A stretch of 64,000 bases of DNA, taken from contig NC_086097.1 in NCBI RefSeq assembly GCF_963921235.1, forward strand, positions 206,834,001 to 206,898,000, in the 5' to 3' direction. The position numbers and the translations under genes were made by a program. Below are positions 49,938-62,489 of this stretch, in pieces (the stretch's first letter is position 1; each line of letters begins with the position of its first letter). The notes under the pieces are model-generated. The model was not told the DNA's origin, did no database searches, and saw only the letters and a program-made list of their open reading frames with translations. The stretch comes from Mobula hypostoma (lineage: Eukaryota).

Positions 49938-52140
49938 ATAGCAACATAGAAAACCTACAGCACAATACAGGCCCTTTGGCGCACAAAGCCATGCTGAACA
50001 TGTCCTTACTTAGAACTACCTAGGCCTACCCATTGCCCTCTATTTTTCTAAGCTCCATGTACCTACCCAGGAGTCCCTTAAAAGACCCTATCGTATCCAT
50101 CTCCACCACCGCGGCCGGCAGCCCATTCCATGCACTCACCACTCTTCACGTAAAAAACTTACACCTGACATCTCCTCTGGACCTACTTCCAAGCACCTTA
50201 AAACTATGCCCTCATCTGCTAGCCATTTCAGCCCTGAGAAATAGCCTCTGACTATCCACATGATCAATGCCTCTTACTATCTTGTACTCCTCTATCAGAT
50301 CATCTCTCATCCTCCATCGCTCCAAGGAGAGAAGGCCGAGTTCACTCAAGCTATTTCATAAGGCATGCTCCTCAATCCAGCAACACCCTTGTAAATCTCC
50401 TCTGCACCCTCTCTATGGTTTCCATGTCCTTTCTGTAGTGAGGCGACCAGAACTGAGCACAGTACTCTAAGTGGGGTCTGACCAGGGTCTTATATGGCTG
50501 CAACATTACCTCTCGGCTCTTAAACTCAATCCCATCATTGATGAAGGCCAATACACCGTATGCCTTCTTAACTACAGAGTCAACCTGCGTAGCTGCTTTG
50601 AGCGTCCTACGGACCCGGACCCCAAGACCCCTCTGATCCTCCACACAGCCAAGAGTCTTACCGTTAATGCTGTATTCTGCCATCATATCTGATCTACCAA
50701 AATGAACCATTTCACACTTATCTGGGTTGAACTCCATCTGCCACTTCTCAGCCCAGGTTTGCATCCCATCAATGTCCTTCTGTAACCTCTGACAGCCCTC
50801 CACACTATCCACAACACCCCCAATCTTTGTGTCATCAGCAAACTTGCTAACCCGTCCCTCCACTTCTTCATCCAGGACATTTCTAAAAATCACGAAGAGT
50901 AAGAGTCCCAGAACAGATCCCTGAGGCACACCACTGGTCACCGACCTCCATGCAGAATATGACCCATCTACAACCACTCTTTGCCTTCTGTGGGCAAGCC
51001 AGTTCTGGATCCACAAAGCAATGTCCCCTTGGATCCCATGCCTCCTTACTTTCTCATTAAGCCTTTCATGGGGTAGCTTATCAAATGCAGTGAACCATCT
51101 GATAGGCCTATCAGAGTTCTCTTTGGGAACTAGTTGACTTGATCAGCATTTCTGATCTGGCTATTGTTCACGATTGCACTTAATAAATAAATAAATAAGT
51201 GTCTTGCTGAAATCCATATACACTATATCTATGGCTCTACCTTCATTAATGTCTTTAGTCACATCCTCAAAAAATTCAGTCAGGCTCGTAAAGCACGACC
51301 TGTCTTTGACAAAGCTATGTTGACTATTCCTCATCATATTATGCCTCTCCAAATGTTCTTAAACCCTGCCTCTCAGGATCCTCTTCATCAGCTTACCAAC
51401 CACTGAAGTAAGACTCACTGGTCTATAATTTCCTGGGCTATCTCTACTCCCTTTCTTAAATAAGGGAACAACATCCGCAACACTCCAATCCTCCAGAACC
51501 TCTCCAGTCCTCATTGATGATGCAAAGATCATCTCCGGAGGCTCAGCAATCTCCAATCTCACTTCACACAGTAGCCTGGGGTACATCCCGTCTGGTCCCA
51601 ATGACTTATCCAACTTATTGCTTTCCAAAAGCTCCAGCACATCCTCTTCCTTAATATCTACATGCTCAAGCTTATCAGTCTGCTGCAAGTCATCCCTACG
51701 AATTGCCAAGATCCTTTTCTGTAGTGAATACTGAAGCAAAGTATTCATTAATTACCTCTGCTGTCTCCTCCGGTTCCATACACACTTTTCACTTGTCACA
51801 CTTCATTGATCCTATTCTGTCACGTCTTATCCTCTTTCTCTTTACATACTTGTAGAATGCCTTGGGGTTTTCCTTAATCCTGTCCACCAAGGCCTTCTCA
51901 TGTCCCCTTCTGGCTTTCCTAATTTCATTCTTAAGCTCCCTCCTGCAAGCCCAATAACCTGCTAGATCCCTATCATTATCTAGTTTTTTGAACCTTTTGT
52001 AAGCTCTTCTTTTCTTCTTGACTAGATTTACAACAGCCTTTCTGCAAGATGTTTCCTGTACCCTACCATCCTTTCCCTGTCTCATTGGAACATATCTATA
52101 CAGAACCCCACGCAAATATCCCCTGAACATTTGCCACATT
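49938..52140 (-). mobile_element. CR1 LINE nested in CR1; same subfamily as 57294-61885
   Basis: Tail catagcaacatagaa and GVPQGSVLG..KFADDTK motifs. A small insert with a (taaa)n tail lies at about 51089-51198. Confidence 0.9.
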
Positions 52141-53242
52141 TCTGGGACCATGCCAGAATCAAGTGATTCTTGAAAGATTATAACCAAAGCATCTGCTATG
52201 TATTCAGCAACCTCTTTCAGGTCTGTAGGAGGGAGCCCATCCAGTCCAGGTGACTTATCCACCTTAAGATATTTGAGTTTACTGAGCACTTTTTCCTTTG
52301 TAATAGAAATGGCACTCACTCCTGCTCCCTGACACTCACTGACCTCTGGCACACTGCTACTGTCTTCCACAGTGAAGACAGATGCAAAGTACCCATCAGA
52401 TTTATCTGTAATTTCTTTGTCCCCCATTACTACCTCATCAGCATCATTTTCCGATGGTGCAATATCAATTCTCACTTCCCCTTTACTCCTTATATCACTA
52501 AAAACTAAATTGTTAGTATCCTGCTCTATATTATTGGTCAGTTTGCCCTAACATTTCATCTTTCCACTTCTTATAGCTTTTTTTGGATTTGTTGGATTTT
52601 AAAAAACTTCCCAATCATCTAACTTCCCATTCACTTTTGCTCTATTATATACCGTTGTTTTGGCTTTTATACAGCACTTAACTTCTTTTGTCAGTCACAG
52701 TTGCCTACAGCTGTCATTTGAGAACTACTTCTTCTGTTGGACATATCTATCCTGCGCCTTGTGAGCAACTTGCAGAGACTTCAGTCACCTCTGTTCTGCC
52801 ATCATCCCTGTCAATTCAGTTGGGAAAGCTCCTCTCTCATGCCTCTATAATTCCCTTCATTCTATTGCAATACTGATACATGTGACCTCTGCTTCTCCCT
52901 CTCAAATTGTAGTATGAATTCAATCATGTTATGATCACTACCTCCTAAGGGTTGCTTTATGTTAAGATCTCTAATAAGATGAAGGTTGTTACACCTCTTC
53001 AATTTAAGACCTTTCCCTGAGTAGGCTCAAGCAGAAACTGCTCTAAAAACCCATCTTGTAGGCATTCAACAAGCCCCCTCTTTTGTGATCCAACACCAAC
53101 TAGATTTTTCCAATCTCCTTGCATATTGAAGCCCTCTATTACAATTGCACCATTACCCTTATTACATGCCTTTTTCAGCTCTCTTTGCAATCTCAACCTC
53201 ACATCCTGACTAATATTTGGAGGCTACAATTCCCCATAATGT

Positions 53243-55075
53243 ATGTGGTGCTTATGGCCCAGTGATGAAGATGGAGAAGCAGAATGGAATGCAGTCCTGC
53301 CTGACCTGTAAGGAGCTGTGGTTAGCCCTGCTTAAGGCAGATATGCCAAAAGAATGAGTGGATGGGATATTCACCGCTGCCCTCTATACTTTATGGAATG
53401 ACCGTTGTCGGAATAGTAAGGGAGAGGAGTTGCAGTTGGGGTGGTGCAGGGACCACTGCAGATTCTCCAACCAATGGGGAGAACCAACACTCTTTTTACC
53501 CCTCCCTTGAGGTGTTGCAGAAAGCTCTCAGAGACATGCAGCAGCAGATGGTGCCCTCCTGCCCTGATCATAGAAGGATGTGGCCAAGGCTCCCAGCATT
53601 GTTTAGTAATACTCTCCCAGCCAGGAAACCTGAGGGCTTATGTGGTACAATTGGGAAAGGTAAACATACAATGTTGGATGGCACTTGTCGATACTGGTGC
53701 TGAGCACACTATTATCTCAGGCGACCCCAGCAGGTGGAGAGCTTCTGGATGAAGATAGGAGGTCACGCATCCCAGCCTGGGTGATTATACTAAGAGCAGC
53801 TATCAGCTTAGGACAGCCAGGATCTACATCAGCGCTGGTCTGGCCGTGGCACCTCCAAGTAGGAACGTGCTGAAAGACAGATTCCTGGAGACCAGTTGGG
53901 GTCATTTTATTTTTGTGGTGGCTCGAGAGACAGTACTGGTTGTACTAGCCAAGTGGAAGCCCCTAATAATTCTTCCTCTAACAAGCTGATAAGTCTCAAG
54001 CAGTATCGCATCTCGGGAGGCACCAGGAGATCTGGGAAATAGAGGAAGCACTGTCGAAGGAGTGGATTATTCTGCCAGCAACAACCCCCTACCACAGCCT
54101 GGCCAGGCCTGTAAGGAGGGGAGATGGAAAATGGTGAATGACAATAGATATCAGGCAATTTTAGGCAATGCCCTGTCCCTCACAGTGGCTATTCTGGATA
54201 CAGTGACCATTATAGAGGATGTAGGGTTTAGGGAGGGGAAGCATTGGTATACTGTATTGGATTTGGCCAGCACTTTCTGTTGCATTACCCTAAACCCAGA
54301 GTTCCAAGACTAATTTTGTCTTTACATGGGAAAAAACACAGTATACTTTTTGTCATCTTCACAGAGGTACGTACACAGTCCAAACGTGTGCCATACCATT
54401 ATAGCTCATGACCTAAAAGGGATCCTGCTTGCCCCAAACATCTCAGTATGTCACTACACAGATGATTTCTTTTTTCAGGGGCCCTCAGAGGAGATGGTGG
54501 GGGCGGGGGCAATAGACTAAGGGGTTATCTCCCTGAGAGGGAGGGGTGGTCTATTAATCTCAACAATATCCAAGAGTGCTTTGTTCCTGGGTATGCAATA
54601 GGACCCTGGACATCAGGGGATACCAAACGAAAAATATTGGAGGCAGTGATCCCCTTTTTTAAAGAGGAGACCCAGAATTCTTTGGGGCTATTGGTGCATT
54701 GACGGAAACATATTCCCCACCTAACACTGATACCGAAGCCACTATATCAGCTACCTTAGAAAAAGACCCAATTTCAGTGCAGTTGCATCAGCAAGACGCC
54801 TTTGATACTGTCAAACAGGCTGTTAAATAGTTCCACCCACTGGCCATGAGACAACATGAGGTACCTTTTGAACCACAGGTCTCTGTCTCTGGAATGGTTG
54901 AATGGAGTCAGTCATGGCTCATAAAAGGGTATCAGGTCACCTTGTGGTTTTGGGCTAAGACACTTCCTGAGGATGCAACTAGATACACACCTTTTGAGAG
55001 AGAGCTTGTAGCCTGTAACTGGGCCCCTCTCAGCCAACAAGCACCAGAACCGCTTGGAGACAGTGTTCCTGAGAC
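53243..55075 (+). mobile_element. Class III (ERV-L-like) endogenous retrovirus remnant: gag C-terminus, protease, RT, tether
   Basis: gag LTCKELWLALLKADMPKE*VDG; protease ALVDTGAEHTIISGDP; LKQYRISGG; WYTVLDLASTF; YVHSPNVCH; HYTDD at 54452-54466; RYTPFERELVACNWA. No LTR, integrase or env seen. Confidence 0.85.
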
Positions 55076-58000
55076 TCCACCTACCCTACCTAAAAAATGA
55101 AATCAAATCCTTAGAAAAAGGCAAATCTTTAGAAATCAAATCCAAGGATCGAAAGGTGTAGGATTGTTGTGGGTAGTCTAAGAAACTGCAAGGGTAAACT
55201 CTGACAGTAGTTATATACCGACCTCCAAGTAGTAGTGAAGATGGGGCCTACAAATTACAGTGGGAGATGTAAAATGCATGTCAAAAGGGCAAAAGTTATG
55301 ATAGTAGTAGAGGATTTATTTAAGCAGGTAGTTTGGGAAAATCAGGATGGTACTGGATCCCAAGGGGTGGATCTTGTAGAAAGTTCAAAGTAATAAGCTA
55401 TTATCACAGTACATACATGTCACCACATACAACCCTGAGATTCTTTTTCTGCGGGTATACTTAGTAAATCTGTAGAACAGTAACTGTAAACAGGATCAAT
55501 GGACAACAAACTGTGTAAAACCAGATATAAATAGTGATAAATAACGAGCATGAAATAACAAAATAAGAGTCATTGCATGAGTGTAGCTATTCCCTTTTGT
55601 TCAAGAGCCTGATGGTTGAGGGGAGTAACAGTTCTTGAACCTGGTGGTGCGGGTCCTGAGACACCTGTAGCTTCTACCTGATGGCAGCAGCAAGAAAAGA
55701 TCATGGTGTGGGTGGTGAGGATCTTTGACGATGGATGCTGCTTTTCTATGGCAACATTTCATGTAGATGTGCATAGTGTTTGGAAGGGTTTTACCCGTGA
55801 TGTACCAGGCTGAATCCACTACCTTTGTAGGGTTTTCTACTCAAAGGCGTCGGTGTTCCCATACCAGGCTGTAATGCAGCCAGTCAGCACACTTTCCATC
55901 ACACATCTATAGAAGTTTGTCAAGGTTTTCCATGACATTCCCAAACCTCCACAGTCTCCTGAGGATGTAGAGGTGCTGTTGTGCTTTCTTCACAGATATA
56001 TTTATATGACGCGTCCAGGACAGGTCCTCTGAGATACTGACCCTGAGGAATATAAAGTTACTGACCCTCTCCACCACTGCTCCTCTGACGATTACTGGCT
56101 CATGGACCTCTGGTTTGCCTATCCTGAAGTCTACAATCAGTTCCTTGGTCTTACTGACATTGAATGTGAGATTGTTGTTATTACACCACTCAGCCAAGAA
56201 GTCAATCTCCCTCCCGTATGCTGATTCAACGCCCCATTTGATACAGTCCACAACATTGGTGTCATCAGCAAACTTGTATATGGTGTTGGAGCTGTACTTA
56301 GCCACACAGACATAAGTGTAAAGCAAGTAGAATAGGGGACTAAGTACACATCCCTGTGGTGCTCCTGTGCTGATGGAGATTGCTTTTGCCAATCCGAATT
56401 GACTGGGGTCTACAAGTAAGGAAATGCAGGATCCAATTGCACAAAGGGTTAGTGAGTCGCAGGTCTTGGAGTTTACTGATTAGTTTTTAGGGGATGACAG
56501 TGTTAATTGCCAAGATGTAATCGAGAAAGAGCATCCTGATGTGTGCATCTTTGCTGTCCGGCTGTTCCAGGGTTGTGTGAAGAGCCAACAAGATAGCATC
56601 TGCTGTAGATCTGTTGCTTTGGTAGGCAAATAGCAGGGGGTCCAAGTCACCACTCAGACAGGAGCTGGTAAGCTTCAACACCAGCCTCTCAAAACATTTA
56701 GTCACTGTGGATGTAAGTGCCAGTGGGCAATAGTAATTTAGGCAGGTTACCATGCTCTTCTTAGGCACCAATACAATTGAAACCTGCTTGAAGCAGGTGG
56801 ATACCATACAAGGCTGGAGTGAGAGGTTGAAGATATCGGTGAATACACCAGCCAGTTGGGTGGCACAGGTCTTCTGTACTCGGCCAGACACTCTGTCTGG
56901 TCTGGATGCTTTCCTTGGATTCACTCTCTTGAAGGCAGCCCACACATCACCTTGAGACCAAAGGATCATCGAGAAAAATGGGGGGCGCAAGATTCTTCTT
57001 CCCTGTTCTAGTGGTCAAATTGAGCATAGAAGGCAATGAGCTCATCTGGAAGCGAAACTCTGCTGTCCCCGATGTTGCAAGATATAGCTTTGTAGGAGAT
57101 TATGTCATAAAACCCTGTCACCGCTTTGACCATCCTTCATTGATTGCAGTCTAGTCCACACTCTCCACTTTGCTTAAGAGATGGTTATCCAAAGATCATA
57201 CCTGCACATTGTATAGCATTCTTGTACTCCAGACTTGAATGCCTCTGAACTGGCTCTCAACAGGTTCCAGATTTCATTGTTCATCCAGGGCTTAGGAACA
57301 TAGGAACATAGAAATATAGAAACATAGAAAGCCTACAGCAAAATACAGGCCCTTTGGTCCACAAAGTTGTGCCAAACATGTCTCTACCTTAGAAATTACT
57401 AGGCTTACTCATAGCCCTCTATTTTTCTAAGCACCATGTACCTATCCAAAAGTCTCTTAAAAGACCCTATCGTATCTGCCTCCACCACAGTTGCCGGCAA
57501 CCCATTCCACGCACTCACCACTCTCTGAGTAAAACACTTACCCCTGACATCTCCTCTGTACCTACTCCCCAGCACCTTAAACCTGTGTCCTCTTGTGGCA
57601 ACCATTTCAGCCCTGGGAAAAAGGCTCTGACTATCCACACAATCAATGCCTCTCATCATCTTATACACCTCCATCAGATCACCTCTCATCCTTCATCACT
57701 CCAAGGAGAAAAAGCCGAGTTCACTCAATCTATTCTCATAAGGCATGCTTCCCAATCCAGGCAACATCCTTGTAAATCTCCTCTTCACCCTTTCTATGGT
57801 TTCCACATCCTTCCTGTAGTGAGATGACCAGAACTGAGTACAGTACTCCAAATGGGGTCTGACCAGGGTCCTATATAGCTTCAGTATTACATCTCGGCTC
57901 CTAAATTCAATTCCATGATTGATGAAGGCCAATACACTGCATGCCTACTTAACCACAGAGTCAACCTCCGCAGCTGCTTTGAGTGTCCTATGGAATCAGA

Positions 58001-60418
58001 CCCCAAGATCCCTCTGATCCTCCACGCTGTCAAGAGTCTTACCATTAATGCTATATTCTGCCATCATATTTGACCTACCAAAATGAACCACTTCACACTT
58101 ATCTGAGTTGAACTCCATCTGCCACTTCTCAGCCCTGTTTTGCATCCTATCAATGTCCTGCTGCAAACTTTGACATCCCTCCACACTATCCACAACACCT
58201 TCAACCTTTGTTTCATCAGCAAACTTACTAATCCATCCCTCCACTTCCTCATACAGGTCATTTCTAAAAATCACGAAGAGTAAGGGTCCCAGAACAGATC
58301 CCTGAGACACACCACTGGCCACCGACCTCCATGCAGAATATGACCCATCTACAACCACTCTTTGCCATCTGTGGAAAAAGCCAGTTCTGGATCCACAAAG
58401 CAATGTCCCCTTGGATCCCATGCCTCCTTACTTTCTCAATAAGCCTTGTATGAGGTACCTTATCAAATGCCTTGCTGAAATCCATACATGCTACATCTAC
58501 TTCTGTTCCTTCATCAATGTGTTTAGTCACATCCTCAAAAAATCTAATCAGGCTCGTAAGACATGACCTGCCCTTGACAAAGCCATGCTAACTATTCCTA
58601 ATCATATTATACCTCTGCAAATGTTCATAAATCCCACTTCTCAGGATCTTCTCCATCAACTTACCAACCACTGAAGTAAGATTCACGGGTCTATAATTTC
58701 CTGGGCAATCTCTACTCCCTTTCTTGAATAAAGGAACAACGCCCGCAACCCTCCAATCCTCTGAACCTCTCCTGTCCCCATTGATGATGTAAAGATTGTT
58801 GGCAGAGACTCAGCAATCTCCTCCCCCGCCTCCCACAGTAGCCTGGAGTACATCTCATCCGGTCCTGGTGACTTATCCAACTTGATGCTTTCCAAAAGCT
58901 CCAGCACATCCTCCTTCTTAATATCTACAAGGTCAAGCTTTTCAGTCTGCTGCAAGTCATCACTACAATCACCAAGATCCTTTTCCATAAGGAATACTGA
59001 AGTAAAGTATTCATTAAGTACCCCCGCTATTTTCTCCGGTTACATACACACTTTCCCACTGTCACACTTGATAGGTCCAATTCTCTCATATCTTATCCTC
59101 TTGCTCTTCACATACTTGTTGAATGCCTTGGGGTTTTCCTTAATCCTGCCCACCAAGGCCTTCTCATGGCCCTTTCTGGCTCTCCTAATTTCCTTCTTCA
59201 GCTCCTTCCTGTTGGCCTTATAATCTTCTAGATCTCTAACATTATTTAGCTCTCTGAACCTTTTGTAAGCTTTTCTTTTCTTTTTGTTAGATTTATTACT
59301 GCCTTTGTACACCATGGTTCCTGTACCCTACTCTAACTTCACTGTCTCATTGGAACGTACCTGTGCAGAACTCCACACAAATATCCCCTGAAAATTTGCC
59401 ACATTTCTTCCGTATCTTTCCCTGAGAACATCTGTTCCCAATTTAATCTTCCAATTTCCTGCCTGATAGCCTCATAATTCCCTTACTCTAGTTAAACGCT
59501 TTTCTAACTTGTCTGTTCCTTTCTCCCTCCAATGCTATTATAAAGGAGATAGAATTATGATCACTATCTCCAAAATGCTCTCCCACTGAGAGATCTGACA
59601 TCTGACCAGGTTCATTTCCCAATACCAAATCAAGTACAGTCTCTCCTTATCTACATATTGTGTCAAGAAACCTTCCTGAACACACCTAACAAACTCTACC
59701 CCATCTAAACCCCTTGGGAGATGTCAGTCGATATTTGGGAAATTAAAATCTCCCATCATGACAACTCTTATTATTACACCTTTCCAGGATCTTTTTCCCT
59801 ATCTGCTCCTCGATATCCCTGTTACTATTGGGCGGCTTATAATAAACACCCAGTAAAGTTATTGACCCCTTCCTCTTCCTAACCTCCGCTCACAGAGACT
59901 CCGTAGACAATCCCTCCATGACGTCTGCCTTTTCTGCAGCCATGACACTATCTCTGATCAACAGTGCTACGCCCCATCTCTTTTCCCTTCTTCCCTGTCC
60001 TTTCTGAAACAACTCAGGTTATAGGAACAATACCTCATATTCTGTTTGGGTATCCTCCAAACTGATGGCATGAACACTTACTTCTCTAACTTCTGTTAAT
60101 GCCCCTCCTCCTGTCCTTACCCCATCCCTTATTTATTTATTTACTTGTTTTCCTTGTTTTTCTCTCTCTCTTTTTTCTCTCTCTGTCCCTCTCACAGTAA
60201 CTCCTTGCCTGCTCTCCATCTTCCTCTGCTCCCTCCCCCTTTCCTTCTCCCTAGGCCTCTCGTCCCATGATCCTCTCCCTTCTCCAGCCTTGTATCTATT
60301 TTGCCAATCAACTTTCCAGCCCTTAGCTCTATCCCTCCCCCTCCTGTCTTCTCCTATCATTTCAGATCTCCCCCTCCGACCCCCCCCCCCCACTTTCAAA
60401 TCTTTTACTATTTCTTCT

Positions 60419-60456
60419 TAGTCCTGACAAAGGGTCTTGGCCCGAAACGTCGACTG
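60419..60456 (+). ncRNA. Minimal type I hammerhead ribozyme motif (G8>A variant)
   Basis: tagtc-CTGACAA-a-gggtcttggccc-GAAA-cgtc-gactg: stem I, core, stem II and palindromic ACGT stem III. Confidence 0.6.
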
Positions 60457-60512
60457 TGCTTCTTCCTATGGATGCTGTCTGGCTTGCTGCATTTCACCAG
60501 CATTTTGTGTTT

Positions 60513-61122
60513 CATAAACACAAAATATTCTGCAGATGCTGGGGTCAAAGCAACACTCACAACAAACTGGAAGAACTCAGCAGGTCGGGCAGCATCCGTG
60601 GAAACGATCAGTCAACGTTTCGGGCCGGAACCCTTCATCAAGACTGAAGAGCGAAGGGACAGAGGCCCTATAAGGAAGGTGGGGGGAGGGTGGGAAGGAG
60701 AAAGCTGGTAGGTTCCAGGTGAAAAACTAGTAAGGGGAAAGATAAAAGGGTGAGGTAGGGGAAGCAAGGAGGTGATAGGCAGAAAAGGTGAAGAAAGAAT
60801 AGGGGAAAACACAATGGGTAGTAGAAGGAGGCGGAACCATGAGGGAGGTGATAGGCAGCTGGGGGAGGGGGCAGAGTGAAATAAGGATACGGTAAGGGAG
60901 GGGGAGGGAATTACCGGAAGCTGGCGAATTCTATGTTTATACCAAGGGGCTGGAGACTACCTAGACGGCATATGAGGTGTTGCTCCTCCAACCTAAGTTT
61001 AGTCTCATCATGGCAGTAGAGGAGGCTATGTATGGACATATCCGAATGGGAATGTGAAGCAGAGTTGAAGTGGGTGGCAACCGGGAGATCCTGTCTGTTG
61101 TGGCGGATGGAGCAGAGGTGCA
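60513..61122 (-). mobile_element. Penelope-like 3' fragment with a 14-bp TSD; same family as 32112-33914
   Basis: TSD agcattttgtgttt at 60499-60512 and 61123-61136; HNRQDLPVATHFN..EEQHLICRLGSLQPLGIN. Confidence 0.92.
60609..60646 (-). ncRNA. Minimal type I hammerhead ribozyme motif (C3>U variant)
   Basis: Reverse complement reads cagtc-TTGATGA-a-gggt-tccg-gccc-GAAA-cgtt-gactg. Confidence 0.65.
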
Positions 61123-62489
61123 AGCATTTTGTGTTTGTTGCTTGAATTTCCAGCATCTGCATATTTCCTCATGTTTGGACTATTGCCTTCCTCTTCTTTT
61201 CCCTACCCTTCTGAGCTACAGGGCCAGATTCTTTGCCAGAGGCATGGCCACTGTTGCTTCCCCCATGTATGCTGTCCCCCCTCCAACAGTACTCAAACAG
61301 GAGTACCTATTGTCAAGGGGTGCAGCCACAGGGATACTCTCTCGTACCTGACTCTTCCCCTTCCCTCTCCTGACTCTTACCCACTTGTTTGTCTCCCATG
61401 GCCCCGTTGAGACCACCTGCCTATAACTCCTTTCTATCACCTCCTCTCTCTCCCTGACCAGACGAAGGTCATCGAGCTGCAACTCCCCTAACGCGGTCCC
61501 TTAGGAGGTGCAGCTCGACACTCCGGGTGCGGATATGGCCCTCCGGAAGGCTAGAAAACTCCAGGACTTCCCACATCTGTCACTGAGCACAGAAATGCGG
61601 CCTCACACACATACTTCCTTTCCACAATTAACACAGGTAAACCTACCTCATCTCATTACCGTCTAAGCTGGTTTGAGCCAAAGCACTATCACTCTGCTAC
61701 CTCTCACTCCACTGCCTGCTCTGAAAGCTGCCCACTGGATATGGCAATCTTCTTTTTAAGCTTTTCCCGCTCTACTGGCTGACGTCACACACTTGCGCAG
61801 TCTTGCCTCTCTCTACCCTGAGTAGTAAAATGCCTTTGCACCGGAAATCCTTAGCAGCTCCACTCGCAGCCTTCTTGCTCCAAATCTTCTGACCGTGGAA
61901 AATCTGAACAATTTTGTGGGGACACACTCATCCACAGCTGCTTTAATAAAGCCTGTAACAACCCTGGTGGAGTCACTCAGGTCCTCAGATGAGTTTTTGA
62001 ATACGTCCCAGTCCACTGACTCAAGGCAATCCTGTAACTATTCCTAGGCCTTCCACTACGACCTTTTGGTTGTCTTAATCTCTGGAGCCTTGCTGTTTAG
62101 GTTGCATCTGTATGCAGGCAGTAGGAGTACAGCTAAATGATCCAACTTGCCAAAATGCAATCTCAGGAAGGAATGATAGGCATTCCTTATCGTAGTGTAG
62201 CAGTGATCTAGTGTGTTGGGACCTCTGGTGCAACAGGTTATATGCTAGTGATAACTGGCAGGGTTTTCTTTAACCAGGGCTTGTTAAAGTCACTGACTAC
62301 AATTTGAAATGTGTCGAGATGGGCCATTTCTTGTTTACAGACAACATTGTGCAATTTCGTGAGTGCTTGCTTAGAATGCCTGCAAGATGGCTTTTTAAAG
62401 CAGCTCATAGTTAAGCCCAATAGAGGATCAGCTATTCTGTAATGAGTGTTGGGCAATGAATCAGAATTGACCAGGGAGCTTAAGGTCAA

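Larger units (their letters stand above)
48497..53242 (-). mobile_element. CR1 LINE ORF2, decayed, split by a second CR1
   Basis: RT and EN motifs. Rejoins as ..ttccagtc|tctgggaccatg.. Confidence 0.88.
60012..61176 (+). mobile_element. Penelope-like 3' fragment, split by a second Penelope
   Basis: LRL*EQYLIFCLGILQTDGMN C-terminus, pyrimidine tract, hammerhead motif and terminus. Confidence 0.85.
57294..61885 (-). mobile_element. CR1 LINE with 5'UTR and 3' tail; the ORF1/ORF2 junction is replaced by a Penelope insertion
   Basis: Tail aggaacatag at 57294, ORF2 to about 60010, and ORF1 N-terminus at 61177-61612 (QMWEV..RSYRQVV..PLDNRY). 'ctt' is duplicated. Confidence 0.9.
55382..62371 (-). 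mobile_element. Rex1/Babar LINE (EN plus RT), split by CR1
   Basis: TSD tagaa at 55377-55381 and 62372-62376. RT ORFs at 55601-56990 and EN remnants at 61890-62371. Confidence 0.88.
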
